Counted from the stretch's first letter, positions 13,862 through 25,996 are shown. The stretch: 64,000 bases of DNA from Chrysomallon squamiferum (GCA_012295275.1 CM022668.1:15810001-15874000), one strand, 5' to 3'. Made by a program: numbers and translations. The notes: a model not told the origin generated them from the letters alone.

Positions 13862-13943
13862 GCTGTGATGGCCGAGTGGTTAAGGCGTTGGACTTGAAAT
13901 CCAATGGGATCTTCCCGCGTAGGTTCGAACCCTGCTCGCAGCG
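13862..13943 (+). tRNA. tRNA-Ser (anticodon UGA), T-stem variant
   Basis: Identical to the copy at 4461-4542; followed by AATAATTTTT; starts 421 bp after the previous copy. Confidence 0.96.
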
Positions 13944-14495
13944 AATAATTTTTATTTTTGTATTTATTTATTTATTTTGTAAACTAAAATAAAGATTAAA
14001 CATGCTAAATATTATTATTCCGACAGGAAAAAAAAAAAAAAAAACTTAAAAATACGAAGCTATTATAAACATCATCATAATTTGTATATTTTATTAAAAA
14101 CAGACCGGAATACAGTCTAGGTACATTTTTACCCGCGTTCGCATGACGGAGATAACCGATTTGTGACGCTTCTCTCATGCCACCCACATCGTCAAACCAA
14201 TCGGAACAGACAACACATCAAGAGGCGCAAGCAACCGGAACTGGCGTCACCGTCGAATTTAATTAGCGCCATCATTTTGATAGCTGAAGAATGAGCGACA
14301 TACGCAAGTCAAACAGACATGTAAAATTAAACGCTGCTTTCATATCATCCTGTCTTTAGCAAACCGATGCTGGCAAATGGAGATGCGAGTCTTTGATAAA
14401 TTAGATGTTCTAATTTCTTTATCGTATATGAACGAATTAAACTGTAATTCAAGAAATAGGGCGTTCTGTTTTCTTCTTCTTCTTTATTATTCTTC

Positions 14496-14538
<43 letters not shown>

Positions 14539-16505
14539 CATCATCATCATTACATTATCATTATCATCATCGTTATTATTATCATCATCATTATCATCAC
14601 CATCATCGTCATTGGTAGTAGTAGTAGTAGTAGTAGTAGTAGTGTTTATGGAGGTAGTAATCGTTGCAATAAAAATAGTAATAACAGACGATAGTGTTGT
14701 AGAAGTAGCTGTCGTGGTGATAGTGGTAATAATGACAGTAGTAGTGGTAATAACAGAAGCTGTAGCGATAGAAATAATAGGTGTAGCAGTATTAGAGTCG
14801 TTGTAGTAGTAGTAGTAGTAGTGGTGGTGGTGGTAGTAGCAGTAACAAAAGTAATGGCAGTTATACATTTTTTTTTTATTCTGACGTCGTGCAGAATAGC
14901 TGAAGTGATTAAATTTTAAGGCTGAAATAACCTAGGTTAAATTCGTCAAACCCGGCGGATGTGTAAGTACCAGAATCGTATGGAACCACTCGATGCGTAT
15001 ATTCTGTGATTACCGTCCATAAAACAAAATTAAAAGTAATTGAAAACAAGGCATTAATGTAAGCCTATTAATGGTACCGCCGCGTTGCCTGGCAACGCCT
15101 GCGAGGTCGGGCTTTATTAAAGTTGTATCGGGAAGATTTCTTTTTTGTAATCTAAATTTGGTTTTTGTTAGAAGTTTTTGATCTGAATTTCAAATTTATC
15201 TTGTGAAGACCATACTTCGCAAAGAATCTATTATAACGTGAAATATATATACGTTTCGTTCTGTTTAATCAAAGCAATATAATCTCGAAAGAAATTTCGT
15301 GTTTCTTTGACCGACTCTGTAATTTTAGACAAACTGAAAACGTGGTCATGATTTTTAACAGCTTTCATTAAAATTAAACGATGTTGTTCTGGGTGTTTTT
15401 TTTGTTGTTTTTTTTCTTTCTTGCACTGGTTTCATAGAATTTCAATGCGTATATTGATGTGTGCATGTGTATTTGGGAACGGAATGTATTTCTTGTCTTT
15501 GTTCTGTGTAAACGTTCATGACGGCTTTGTTAAAAAAATTGGTTCAGTTAAAAATGATTTTAAAGCCAACATCCATATTAGGTATTTCAAACTTTCTTCA
15601 TTTTCTTCAAGTATTTTTAATTATTTAAATCACCTCCATTTTTTGCTAGGAGCATGATTTTCACACGTCCATTTTAATATCATTTACAATTTTCAACATC
15701 ACTACTCTATTTTTTTCACATCAGGCACAATTTTCAAGCCATCCTGATTTTCTCAGTGTTCAAGTTTCAAACCAGTCCTGAGTTCACTTCAGCCACGGTG
15801 ACGTTCAGCAGAACTCGGTAAGCTCTTGTTTGGCTGAGAGTTAAACAAAAACCGTTCTCAACACAACTAATTAGGACTAAAAGCTTCGTGCGTTTCCGCT
15901 GAAATGACGCAGACGACTCTGCTCCCCAGTCGGCCATTTTATCCCGCAGTCCCTGTAAGCCCATTTTCCCCGCCAGTCGCTCGGGTGACACAAATTGTTT
16001 TAGAAGTAAACTGTGAACTCTTCGGAACGAAATATTAGATTTGGATACGAAATTAAAGTGAAGTTCGTATTGCCCTGTGTTTCGTGGCGTCTAACAAGTT
16101 AAGTGCGTTTAGGCATCACGGTATTGTATTTTTCTTAGCGTCTAAGTTGAAATTAATTTGAAGAAACTGCCTTTTTTTTTTTTTTTTTTTTTTTTTGGAA
16201 GATAAACAATTTATTTTCTAATTGGGAGCGATGTGTTAAAAGAAACATAATCTATGACTGATTATGCATTAAAATTAATTGCTATGGACGATGAAATAAT
16301 GATACAAAAAGAGAGAAAAAAGGAAAACAGAAGACGTGATTCGACATAATGAATGGAAACTAAAAATATCTTGTTCTTCGTCATATCTGTTTCTGTTAGA
16401 AAAAATATTTATTTTTATCTTTGTGTATGTGTGTGCGTATTTGCGTGCGTACGTATGTGTGTGTGAGTGTGTTTGTGTGCCAGTGTATAATTTCTGGTTA
16501 TACTC

Positions 16506-16632
16506 ATGGTTAAGTACTTTGCAGATAAGAAGAGAGGAAACCCGCTGTCGCAGCCACACGATGGGTTATTCTTTTTAGATTAGCAGCAAACAATCTTTCT
16601 GATCTACTTTCCCATTAACAGGATAATACATA
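16506..16632. mobile_element. Decayed SINE-like interspersed repeat fragment
   Basis: Shares ordered blocks ATGGTTA...CAGATA...AAGAGA...TAGCAGCAA...TTCCCAT...AACAG with 41485-41580. AGAGAGGAAACCCGCTGTCGC...TAGCAGCAA also matches my recollection of a high-copy tRNA-headed gastropod repeat (from memory, not searched). Confidence 0.55.
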
Positions 16633-17624
16633 TCTGGCTATAAGCATACATAGGTATGTATGTACGCGTGTGTGTGTTTTTATGTATGTATATATGTTTG
16701 TATGTATGTGTGTATGTATGTATATATGTGTGTAAGTGTGTATATGTATGTATGTATGTATGTATGTGTGTGTATGTATGTGTCTGTATGTATGTATCTA
16801 TGTATGAATGTAAGCATGTTTGTGTCTGTATGTGTGTATGTGTTATGCGTGTCTGTGTGTGTATGTGTGTCTGTGTGTATGTGTGTGTGTGTGTGTGTGT
16901 GTGTCTGTGTGTGTGTGCGTGTGTGTGTCTGTGTGTGTGTGTGTGTGATTGTTTGCGTGGGTGTGCATGTTGTTGTTTTTCACACGGTATCTGCTGTTTA
17001 CATGATTCAACACAAAGCGGAAACACGACTAGCAACCAGTATAATGTCATCTACGTTACATCTGTTTCCGTCAGGGATATGTTTACGATATAGTGTGTGT
17101 CCGTGTGTGTGTCCGTGTGTGTGTCCGTGTGTGCGTGAGATCCTATATCTAAATACAGTTTATATATTATACATACATACATACATACTTACATACATAC
17201 ATACATACATATATACTTACATACATACATACTTACGTACATACATACATACATACATACATACTTAAATACACATACATACATACATACATACATACGT
17301 ACTTACATACTTACATACTTACATACATACATACATACTTACATACATACATACATATATACATAAATACATACATACATACATACTTATATACATACAT
17401 ACATACATACATACTTACAAACATACATACATACATACATACATACATACATACATACATACATACATACATACTTACATACATACTTACATACATACAT
17501 AATACATACTTACATACATACACACACACACACATCACAGACAGACAGACAGAGTAGGTTTCAGCTATATTCTCAGAATTACAAACATGTGCGGATAAAA
17601 ATGTCATTAACATAAAACATTACG

Positions 17625-17669
<45 letters not shown>

Positions 17670-19985
17670 TTTCACATTTATAAAGCTTACCAGTTAATAA
17701 CCTCGAAACAATATATTTACATTAACAGCAAAAACACTTTTTTATCTTATTAAACCGACATGAGAGGGTAACTGTACAAAATATATATATAAAAAAAAAA
17801 TACTAGTAATCAATACACATATTTTTGATTTGATGAAAGAAGAAATGTATTAAATATTTATTATTATATAAGTACACGAAACTTACCTAGGAATAGAATA
17901 AATAATTAAATAATACTGACTTTTGCGTACAAATATATATTGAATACTCGTAACAGCAATAAAACAAATACCTCGGTATTACTAAAACAGTACAGTTACA
18001 CATTTTTCTTTAACTATTTCTTCATGACGTTTGAAAATAACAAGAACAAATTCTGTGCATTTCAGTATTGAACAGCAGGGGAAAAAAAAAAAAAAAAAAA
18101 AAAACTAATAAGAAACTTTTATATTCTACAAAACACATCATCATACGTTTTGAACGAAACCTACAAATTATTTTACATCATTTCAGTACTTACGTTTTAC
18201 GTTGCGCACGAACAGATGTCTGCAATCCTTAACGAACTATCCGGAATTCCTTCTGACGATTTCAGTGTAACAATTATATAATAACGATGTAATTAAGAAA
18301 GGAAAAAAAGGAGGGGGGGATATTACGTCGGTCACGAAAGCAACAGGTTATAACTATATTCTGAAATACTAGCAAATAACTCGGTGATAACAAAAAAAAA
18401 AAAAATGGCACACTGATAAACAGAAAGACACCGGCGACGAAGATGGAAACAGGTTTTTAGAAAGTAGCTTTTCACCGTGGAACTAATGCTCTAGGCTACA
18501 AGAAAATCTTCTTTGATGCTTTAGCCCCGTCATAATTGAAAATGACAGGCTATAATTATCTGCACTGATTAGCAGATGAAATCCGCAGTCATTACCAAGC
18601 GCTGAATGCCGGCCGCCATGTTAAGCAGACGAACTAGCGAATATTCGTGTTGTAGTTGTTACGTTTGTTTGAATTTAGTGCAAGTGAGTTAACGAGATAA
18701 TGGTCCTGTATTTGTCTTTGTTTTATGTGTTTTGTGTAGGATTTTAAAAATTTACTTTACGTTTTTCTGTTTAAAAATTATTTTGGTTTTATTATTTGTC
18801 TTTTTTTTTTTCTTTTTTTTTCTTTTTTTTAATAATAATAATAATAACAATAATAAAAATAATAATAATAAAAATAATAATAATAGTAATAATGTTTGTT
18901 ATTATTATTATTATTATTATTAATTAATTAATTTATTTATTTATTTATTATTAAATAGGTTTTTATCGATTTTTACATTCTCTTTGTTATTTCAAAATTC
19001 TCTATTAACGTTATATGTCTTTGCGTGGTTATGCGTATATATGTGTATTACTCTTCGTGTATAATTATGTGTTTGCGTGAATCCACCATTCAACGGATTC
19101 TTAAATCGATTAAAGAATTCATTAGAAATCTTAAACAGGTGAACACAGTCTATTACGTTTGAAAACCGATAACAGTACAACCGAATAGAACCGTAAAATC
19201 TGAAAGAATCTCAGTAAAGGGTAAATACTTCCACATCCTGATAAACATTAGAGAAATGATCGTAAGACACGACATCACCTTTTTCAACCAGTTTATAGCA
19301 CAGTGGTTAGATTGGGAAATATCCAAAGCGTGCAACGCCCCAGGGCACTGACGTTAAAGCAATAGTGTACACTTTTACCAAGAGAAAAAGGAAAACAAAA
19401 AAAACAAAACAAACAAAAAAAAAAAAAAAAATTCTTGCATTCCTTAATCATATTTTATTTAGTTGGAATCTCGGAGTAATAAGGAGAGATTAGTAATATT
19501 CCGCGAAAGCTCGCGTGAGGGAAATCATCACCGGCTTCCTGCATGAGAGCACCTTAGCTCGGCAGCAGGAAATCAATGGCAGTCATTTATCCCAAATTAG
19601 TCGTAAGTATAATCATGTCTTTGCTAACAGAACGACAGAGGCTAATGAAAATTGCCATTGATTGTTTTGATGACAGAGTCAATATCAGCCGTGAAAAACG
19701 TCCTTAAATTTGTCCAGAGCACCGGTGAATGTGGAGCAGACGATACTTTATATATATCTCAGTCGAGTGATTTAAAAATGATTTTCAGACAGCTCGTTCT
19801 CGCAAAAAAAAAAAAAAAAAAAAAAAAATGTCTAGGTTGCAGTTTGGTACTTACAGACTTAAATCCGATAGCTTCGTCATTTCCTGTTTCACCTAGCTAT
19901 TCGTGTTTGTTCTGTCAGAGGACATTTTAAATATGGAAAGCGAATCAGAAAATATAACATGAGCACGTTTGTCATAGAAATCTAA

Positions 19986-20145
19986 TTGTTATGACGTCAG
20001 GTATAGTTACAGCGACTGCTTGACTGTTATAGGTCAGACATAGTTACAGCGACTGCTTGATTGTTATGACGTCAGGTGTAATTACAATGTTTGTTATGAC
20101 GTCAGATATAGCTACAGCGGTTGTCTGGCTGTCCTCACGTCAGAT
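19986..20145. repeat. Degenerate 30-38 bp minisatellite (~4-5 copies) carrying CRE palindromes
   Basis: Unit TTGTTATGACGTCAGGTATAGTTACAGCGACTGCTTGA; TGACGTCA at 19992, 20067 and 20097. Confidence 0.8.
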
Positions 20146-20249
20146 TATAGACAAAGTAAGTACACACACAAGCTCGTGCACACTCACACAACATAATAAC
20201 AACGCATCAGAATTTATAAATATTTCGTGATCATTAATAAATACAAAAT

Positions 20250-20730
20250 AATGTAAAATAATAATAAGAAGAAGATGAAGAATAAGAAGAAGAAGAAAAA
20301 AGATTGTAATAATAATAACAACAAAAACAGCAATAATAACGACAATAGTAATAATAATAACAATAACAGTGACAGTAATAATAATTATAAAAACAGTCGT
20401 AATAATAATTATAATAATAATTTAAATAATAATAATGATGATGATGATGATAATAATAACAATAGCAACAGTTATAATAAAAACAACAAAAACAGCAACA
20501 ATAATAATAACGACAACGATGATAATGACAACAACAACAACAATAATAATAATAATAATAATAATAAAGATAATAATAATAATAATAATAACAATAATGA
20601 TGATAATAATCATAATCTTAATAACAATGATGATGATGATGATAATAATAATAATAATAATAACAATAATGATAACAATAATAATAACAACAACAACAAC
20701 AACAACAACAACAATAATAATAATAATAAG
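20250..20730. repeat. (AAT/AAC/GAT)n compound trinucleotide tract; similar at ~3895-4095, 6250-6600, 53615-54010, 58810-58975, 60790-61040
   Basis: Seen directly; source of the poly-N/poly-I ORFs. Confidence 0.95.
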
Positions 20731-20979
20731 GAAACGGTCAAGATATCGTCTGCTTCTAACTGAAAGCTCTAAGTGAAGCTCGCGCACTCTCGACAAGTGA
20801 GAAACAGTTACTAGACTGGTTTCCCTTTCCGCTTATCTTCCTCTTTATTAATGTGTTTACAGGTTTACAAATATTTTCTTTTTTCGTCTTTCTTTCGAAG
20901 TCACCGCATTCAACCTTCTTCAGTCAAGGTCAAGGTCGGGAAGAAAACGACGCAGAAGGCACGCGCGTTATGTGAGGAA

Positions 20980-21169
20980 TTCCCGCCAAGTGACGCATAA
21001 CTGGCACCCCGAGTCCCGCGCCAAATTCTAGACGCCTCGGCAAGTCACGTGACTTGAAACACAGATATATGTAAATATGTATTATGTTTGAAATTCAACA
21101 TACCTTGAGCACACCTGAACGAAGGGTAACTGTAAAAACCTCTTACAAACGTTTAGAAGATAACATTTA

Positions 21170-21212
<43 letters not shown>

Positions 21213-21457
21213 CGTTTCATTTACTACTACAGTAACAACCTTGCTCCTATTTTACCAATACTAATTCTTAGAACTTAAAAATCTCCAATACATCATTATT
21301 TATTTATTTAGTTAGTTAATTTATTTATTTATTTATTTTTCTATAAAAAATAGTTTCAGGACCAAAAACATATCTAAGTTGAAAAGAAATAAGTCAAAGT
21401 TCAGTTTTGTAATCTTAAGTTAAACAGCTGTAACATTATTTTCTATTTCGCGCCAAA
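20980..21457. promoter_or_regulatory. E2F site cluster
   Basis: TTCCCGCCAA 20980-20989, CCCGCGCCAAA 21015-21025, TTTCGCGCCAAA 21446-21457; GTCACGTGAC E-box at ~21044-21053. Confidence 0.5.
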
Positions 21458-22414
21458 ATCAACTTCAGGATAGACAACTACGTTTGGGATTGATTCACAA
21501 TTCAGATAAAATGGCTGCGGCATCATCACTATGTGTGCAAAACATGCTAGATTAAACCAGATTAATTATATTACAGAATACACGCACGCACGCACACGCA
21601 CGCACACGCACGCACACATTATATTATTCATACGGCGGGAAAATAATAAAAAGGAAAAAAGAAAGAAAGAAAGAAAGAAATAGGTGCCTGGTAAACGACA
21701 CGAAAGAAATTTGTCCAAACTGGGAGACACGTCTGACTAATTGCAAAGCTGTATGATCTGTCGGAACTTTCCGTGAAAACTCGTTGACATTCGGCATGAC
21801 AGATGGCGAAGTGTACGCGGTCGTATGTTAACAACGTTTATATTACTACCGTTTTATGTTACCCATGACAACACGACACAAAAATTTATCTTCTGTCTTG
21901 ACATCTGATGCTTGTAATTTGTATTTCTTGTTTTGTTTCATTTTTAAAAGGAAAATGTCTGCTTGTTATTATTTACGTTTTTATGAAAATTCACTGTAAT
22001 GGAAATAGCTTAAATGTGTTATTTTGTTAAGGAATAAAATAGGTCAATGACAAATATAAGATATTAATAAATATGCATATTAAAAGTTATCTGTAAAAAA
22101 AAAAAAAAAAAAAAAAAACTATCAAAAAAGTAAATAAAGAAAAATTAAAAATACTCACTCGATCTGAATCCTGATAAGGCAAATTAATCTTCAGTATACA
22201 TCCAAAATAAACTATGCTGTTTTAGCTGTAATCTGAAATAAATAAATTAAAAAAATAAATAAAATGTGGGCTGTTAATGTCTTCATACAAGTCAAACTTA
22301 ATTCACGCAGCTGGACGTAATACAGTTTTCAGTTTTATTTCGCTCTTTTTACAATCACATCTTTTTTTCTCTCCTTCTCTTCCTTTTATATGTCTTCATT
22401 ACATCACACACACA

Positions 22415-22486
<72 letters not shown>

Positions 22487-22685
22487 GATAGCTAATTTAA
22501 AAGGATTGTTTTAAATTGGCGATAAAAAATCACTGCAGCTATATCATAATATTTTACTTATTACGAAGCTTTTAAAATTATTCAGGACTAATCATCTGCA
22601 GAAATTAAATTAAATTAAACTATTTTTGTCGTTGTTTTCTATTACTGCTATTAGGCCCTAAATACACATTATTACTAATGTTAAA

Positions 22686-22731
22686 TGCGCATGCGTATTT
22701 GAAAAGCGGAAATAGATTTCTGAACGGAAAG
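22686..22731 (+). promoter_or_regulatory. Promoter-like NRF1 + ETS module
   Basis: TGCGCATGCG(TA) 22686-22697, GCGGAAAT 22706-22713, ACGGAAAG 22724-22731; CpG frequency drops downstream. Confidence 0.55.
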
Positions 22732-22969
22732 ATGTTTGTTAAAGCAGGTTAATATTTTGTTTTAATTTTGATTACTTGTTAAAAGAAAATAATCTGACAT
22801 ATTAAAAATATATCGGTTTTTAAAGCTTAAGGTTTGTATCTAAACATAAATACTAGTAGAAATACTTTTATTTTATTTTTTTCAACAAATGCATTACGAA
22901 AATTTCAGTTCTGATTTTGATCAAAATTCATGTTACCATGTGGTATGTTCTGAATTTCAAAGTCACATA

Positions 22970-23017
<48 letters not shown>

Positions 23018-23323
23018 GTAGTAAGAGCAATAATAAAAGGAGCCAATGATTTTTTAGACTCAGTCAGTTAAAGCTTTTCGCGTTTCACGTGACAAATTCT
23101 TTATTGACACTATTGTCATTCATACATAAGTAAGTTGTCTGAAGTGAACACATTTTACTTTTTATAATAGCTTTTAAATCAAAACAGAGTTATATTAATT
23201 CTTACTGATAACTTCATTCTCTTTATATTTAGCTTAAAATAATGCATACCTGTATATATAATTCTGTGAAGTTAGATGCATGTATTTACATTCAGATTAT
23301 ATAGTACATATGCACAAAACATG

Positions 23324-23373
<50 letters not shown>

Positions 23374-23940
23374 AGAATAACTCGTACAACACAAAATACA
23401 TGACCACAAACATACCGAACCAGGTTTAAATATGATATTAACTTCAGTCGTTATAAAAATATTTTGACATGAGTTTTTCTTTTTAATTAATGGCTTCCTA
23501 CCGAGACACTGGCTGCGACAGTAACGGAGGCAGTATCAACAAGATTGGTCATGAAACCCTGAAAGCTAGAACCACTGTTTGTGACACCAAATACCTTGCC
23601 ATAGAACTGACATGTTTGACAGTCACAGTCATTGTCTTACTTGCCTTTACAGGTGAAAGAAGAAGAAGAAGAAGACAGAGAGAAAAAAAGAGAAGCAGGT
23701 GTTCACGTATGGACAGAACAAAGGTTAGGTCAGAGGTCACAGGTCAAAGGTCAGACTTCAAGAACATTTTTTTTTAATTTTTTTTTTTATTCCAGGTATT
23801 TCGTGTTAACAAACTTCTTTTGAATTTTGCTGTCTTCTTGGATGAAAATGTTTTGCAAACGAAGAAGTGAGAATGATTTATCGTTTTGATATTTTTTGTC
23901 AGAATCTTGTTCATGAAAACTCTCTCTTCTTAAGGCTCAG
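22710..23940 (+). ncRNA. Candidate multi-exon non-coding transcript or 5'UTR
   Basis: AG/GT-bounded segments: ..22747|GTTAAT, 22909-22942|GTATGT, 23058-23129|GTAAGT, 23653-23723|GTTAGG, 23796-23940|GTTTGT; joined ORF from ATG 22732 stops after 16 codons. Confidence 0.3.
23727..23753 (+). promoter_or_regulatory. Four AGGTCA half-sites in DR1 spacing
   Basis: AGGTCA g AGGTCA c AGGTCA a AGGTCA. Confidence 0.5.
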
Positions 23941-24221
23941 GTTTGTCGCATTGAAATGGTATTTTGAAATATAAAAATTAAAATGAGTTTCACAACTCTG
24001 TTTAAAACGTGTGTGTGTGGGTGGGTTTTGGTGTGTGTGTGTGTGAGTGTGTGAGTGTGAGCATGTTAAGATATTTAAACATGTATCTGCATCATTACAG
24101 GTGAGCAACCCTGTAATAATCTACTCACTTGTGATTAAGATAAACAAGAACAGTTAATTAAATCGTATTGAAATATTTATAGAGCTTAATCCTATTTTAG
24201 CATTGTTAACTGTTATCTAAT

Positions 24222-24309
<88 letters not shown>

Positions 24310-24925
24310 ACATACATACCTTCACAGACTCCCACAATGCAGTAAATGCAACACATTTACTACACATTCATAATACAGATACACACCACACACACACACA
24401 CAAACACACAAACACACAAGAAAAACCCAACACAATCACATGTAAGGTTTGTACAGCACGTATTCATTCAAGCTTGTTCTTCAATACGACCTCAGGAACA
24501 TTATCAGTGTGTAATTAACAGGTGGTTTTTGTTGTGTTTTTCTTATTCCTCTTCATTCTTTGTTCGCTCTCATTCTTTGATCTTCGTGTCCATTTGTAAG
24601 CCTTGTCAATCCAAATCCTGTCAGTTTGTTAAGCCGTTGCTTTCAACCAGCAGCTCCGTTTGTTCACAAACAGCAAGCTGAATGCACGACACACTTTCAA
24701 CAAGTGTAATTCTGAATATATACAGTGTTGTGTGTGTATGGGTTTTTAATAATACTTTGTATGTATGTATGTCTGTATGTATGTATGTACAGGTAAAATG
24801 CTATATTGTTAATCATTAAAGGTATTAAGATACTGCAGGTGTATAAACTGCTTGCTTCAGAAGTGAATGAATGCTTTAAGCTTTTGTCAGTATTCTATAG
24901 TTATTGCATATAATATGTGTTTGTG

Positions 24926-25017
<92 letters not shown>

Positions 25018-25944
25018 CTTGAAATACATAACAATATTGTTATACTTTACAATCATACATATGTGCATACACCCCCCCCAATACACACATTCACATATTC
25101 ATTTAATTTTGAAGAGGCATACAATATATGTTGTCCTAATATCTAAGAAATACATCTCTTACTAAACCTTCATGCATCTAATATTAATCTTAATATTCAT
25201 AATGGACAGGATGGGAGTCCACAAACAGCTTTGTAAATTGGAATGATTACAGCTTCGGTCCAAAGATAAAACATATTTGTTGTTTTGAAAAATATAAATA
25301 TGTTGTGAGACCACAGACATCAATTACTGATATTGCTAAGATTATACGAAGTGATGTAAAAACCAATTTAGTAATTAATATTTTCTCTGTCATGTACAGG
25401 AAAGAAGATGTAAAACATTAGGTCATTAGACAGACAGTCTGTGTTTTAAAGATAACAAAGGCTCTTTTAAGTGGTCGGAACGGGAAATGATGTACTGGAT
25501 GATTTTGGATGAAACAGCGTTGATACACAGTTAATATTTGTTACAATAATTTAGAAATTATAGATTGATGTACATATACCATAGTATTAACATTACTTCT
25601 ACATTTCAATACATTGCAAACAACATACAGCATTCACAGAGAATAAGAGATTCAAGCGACATGTTGACTTGTCTATGATTTGACATATACTTACATGCAT
25701 CTACAGTATACCACAGATATTCTCACTACACATGTACATACATCTCTCACTGCGAGGTGCACACAATGAGAATATGAAATTTAAATGAGATGAACTGTTT
25801 AGATTCGAAAGGCACTGAGTAATTCATGTAATCGTTAGTGTTAAAATCAATAACATTATGTTATTATCTGCCAGTACAGTTTAAAGAGGTTAACATTTTT
25901 AAAAATATATATATATATATATATATATTTGTGTGTGTGGGAAT

Positions 25945-25996
<52 letters not shown>

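Noticed and set aside
20275-20796. Poly-N/poly-I ORFs and all CVCV/HTHT/ERER ORFs
   Set aside because: Microsatellite translations, open in several frames at once.
25455-25476. Resemblance to the histone 3' stem-loop (ACAAAGGCTCTTTTAAG)
   Set aside because: 3' arm is AGTGGT, not AGAGCC, so the stem fails; no histone CDS upstream.
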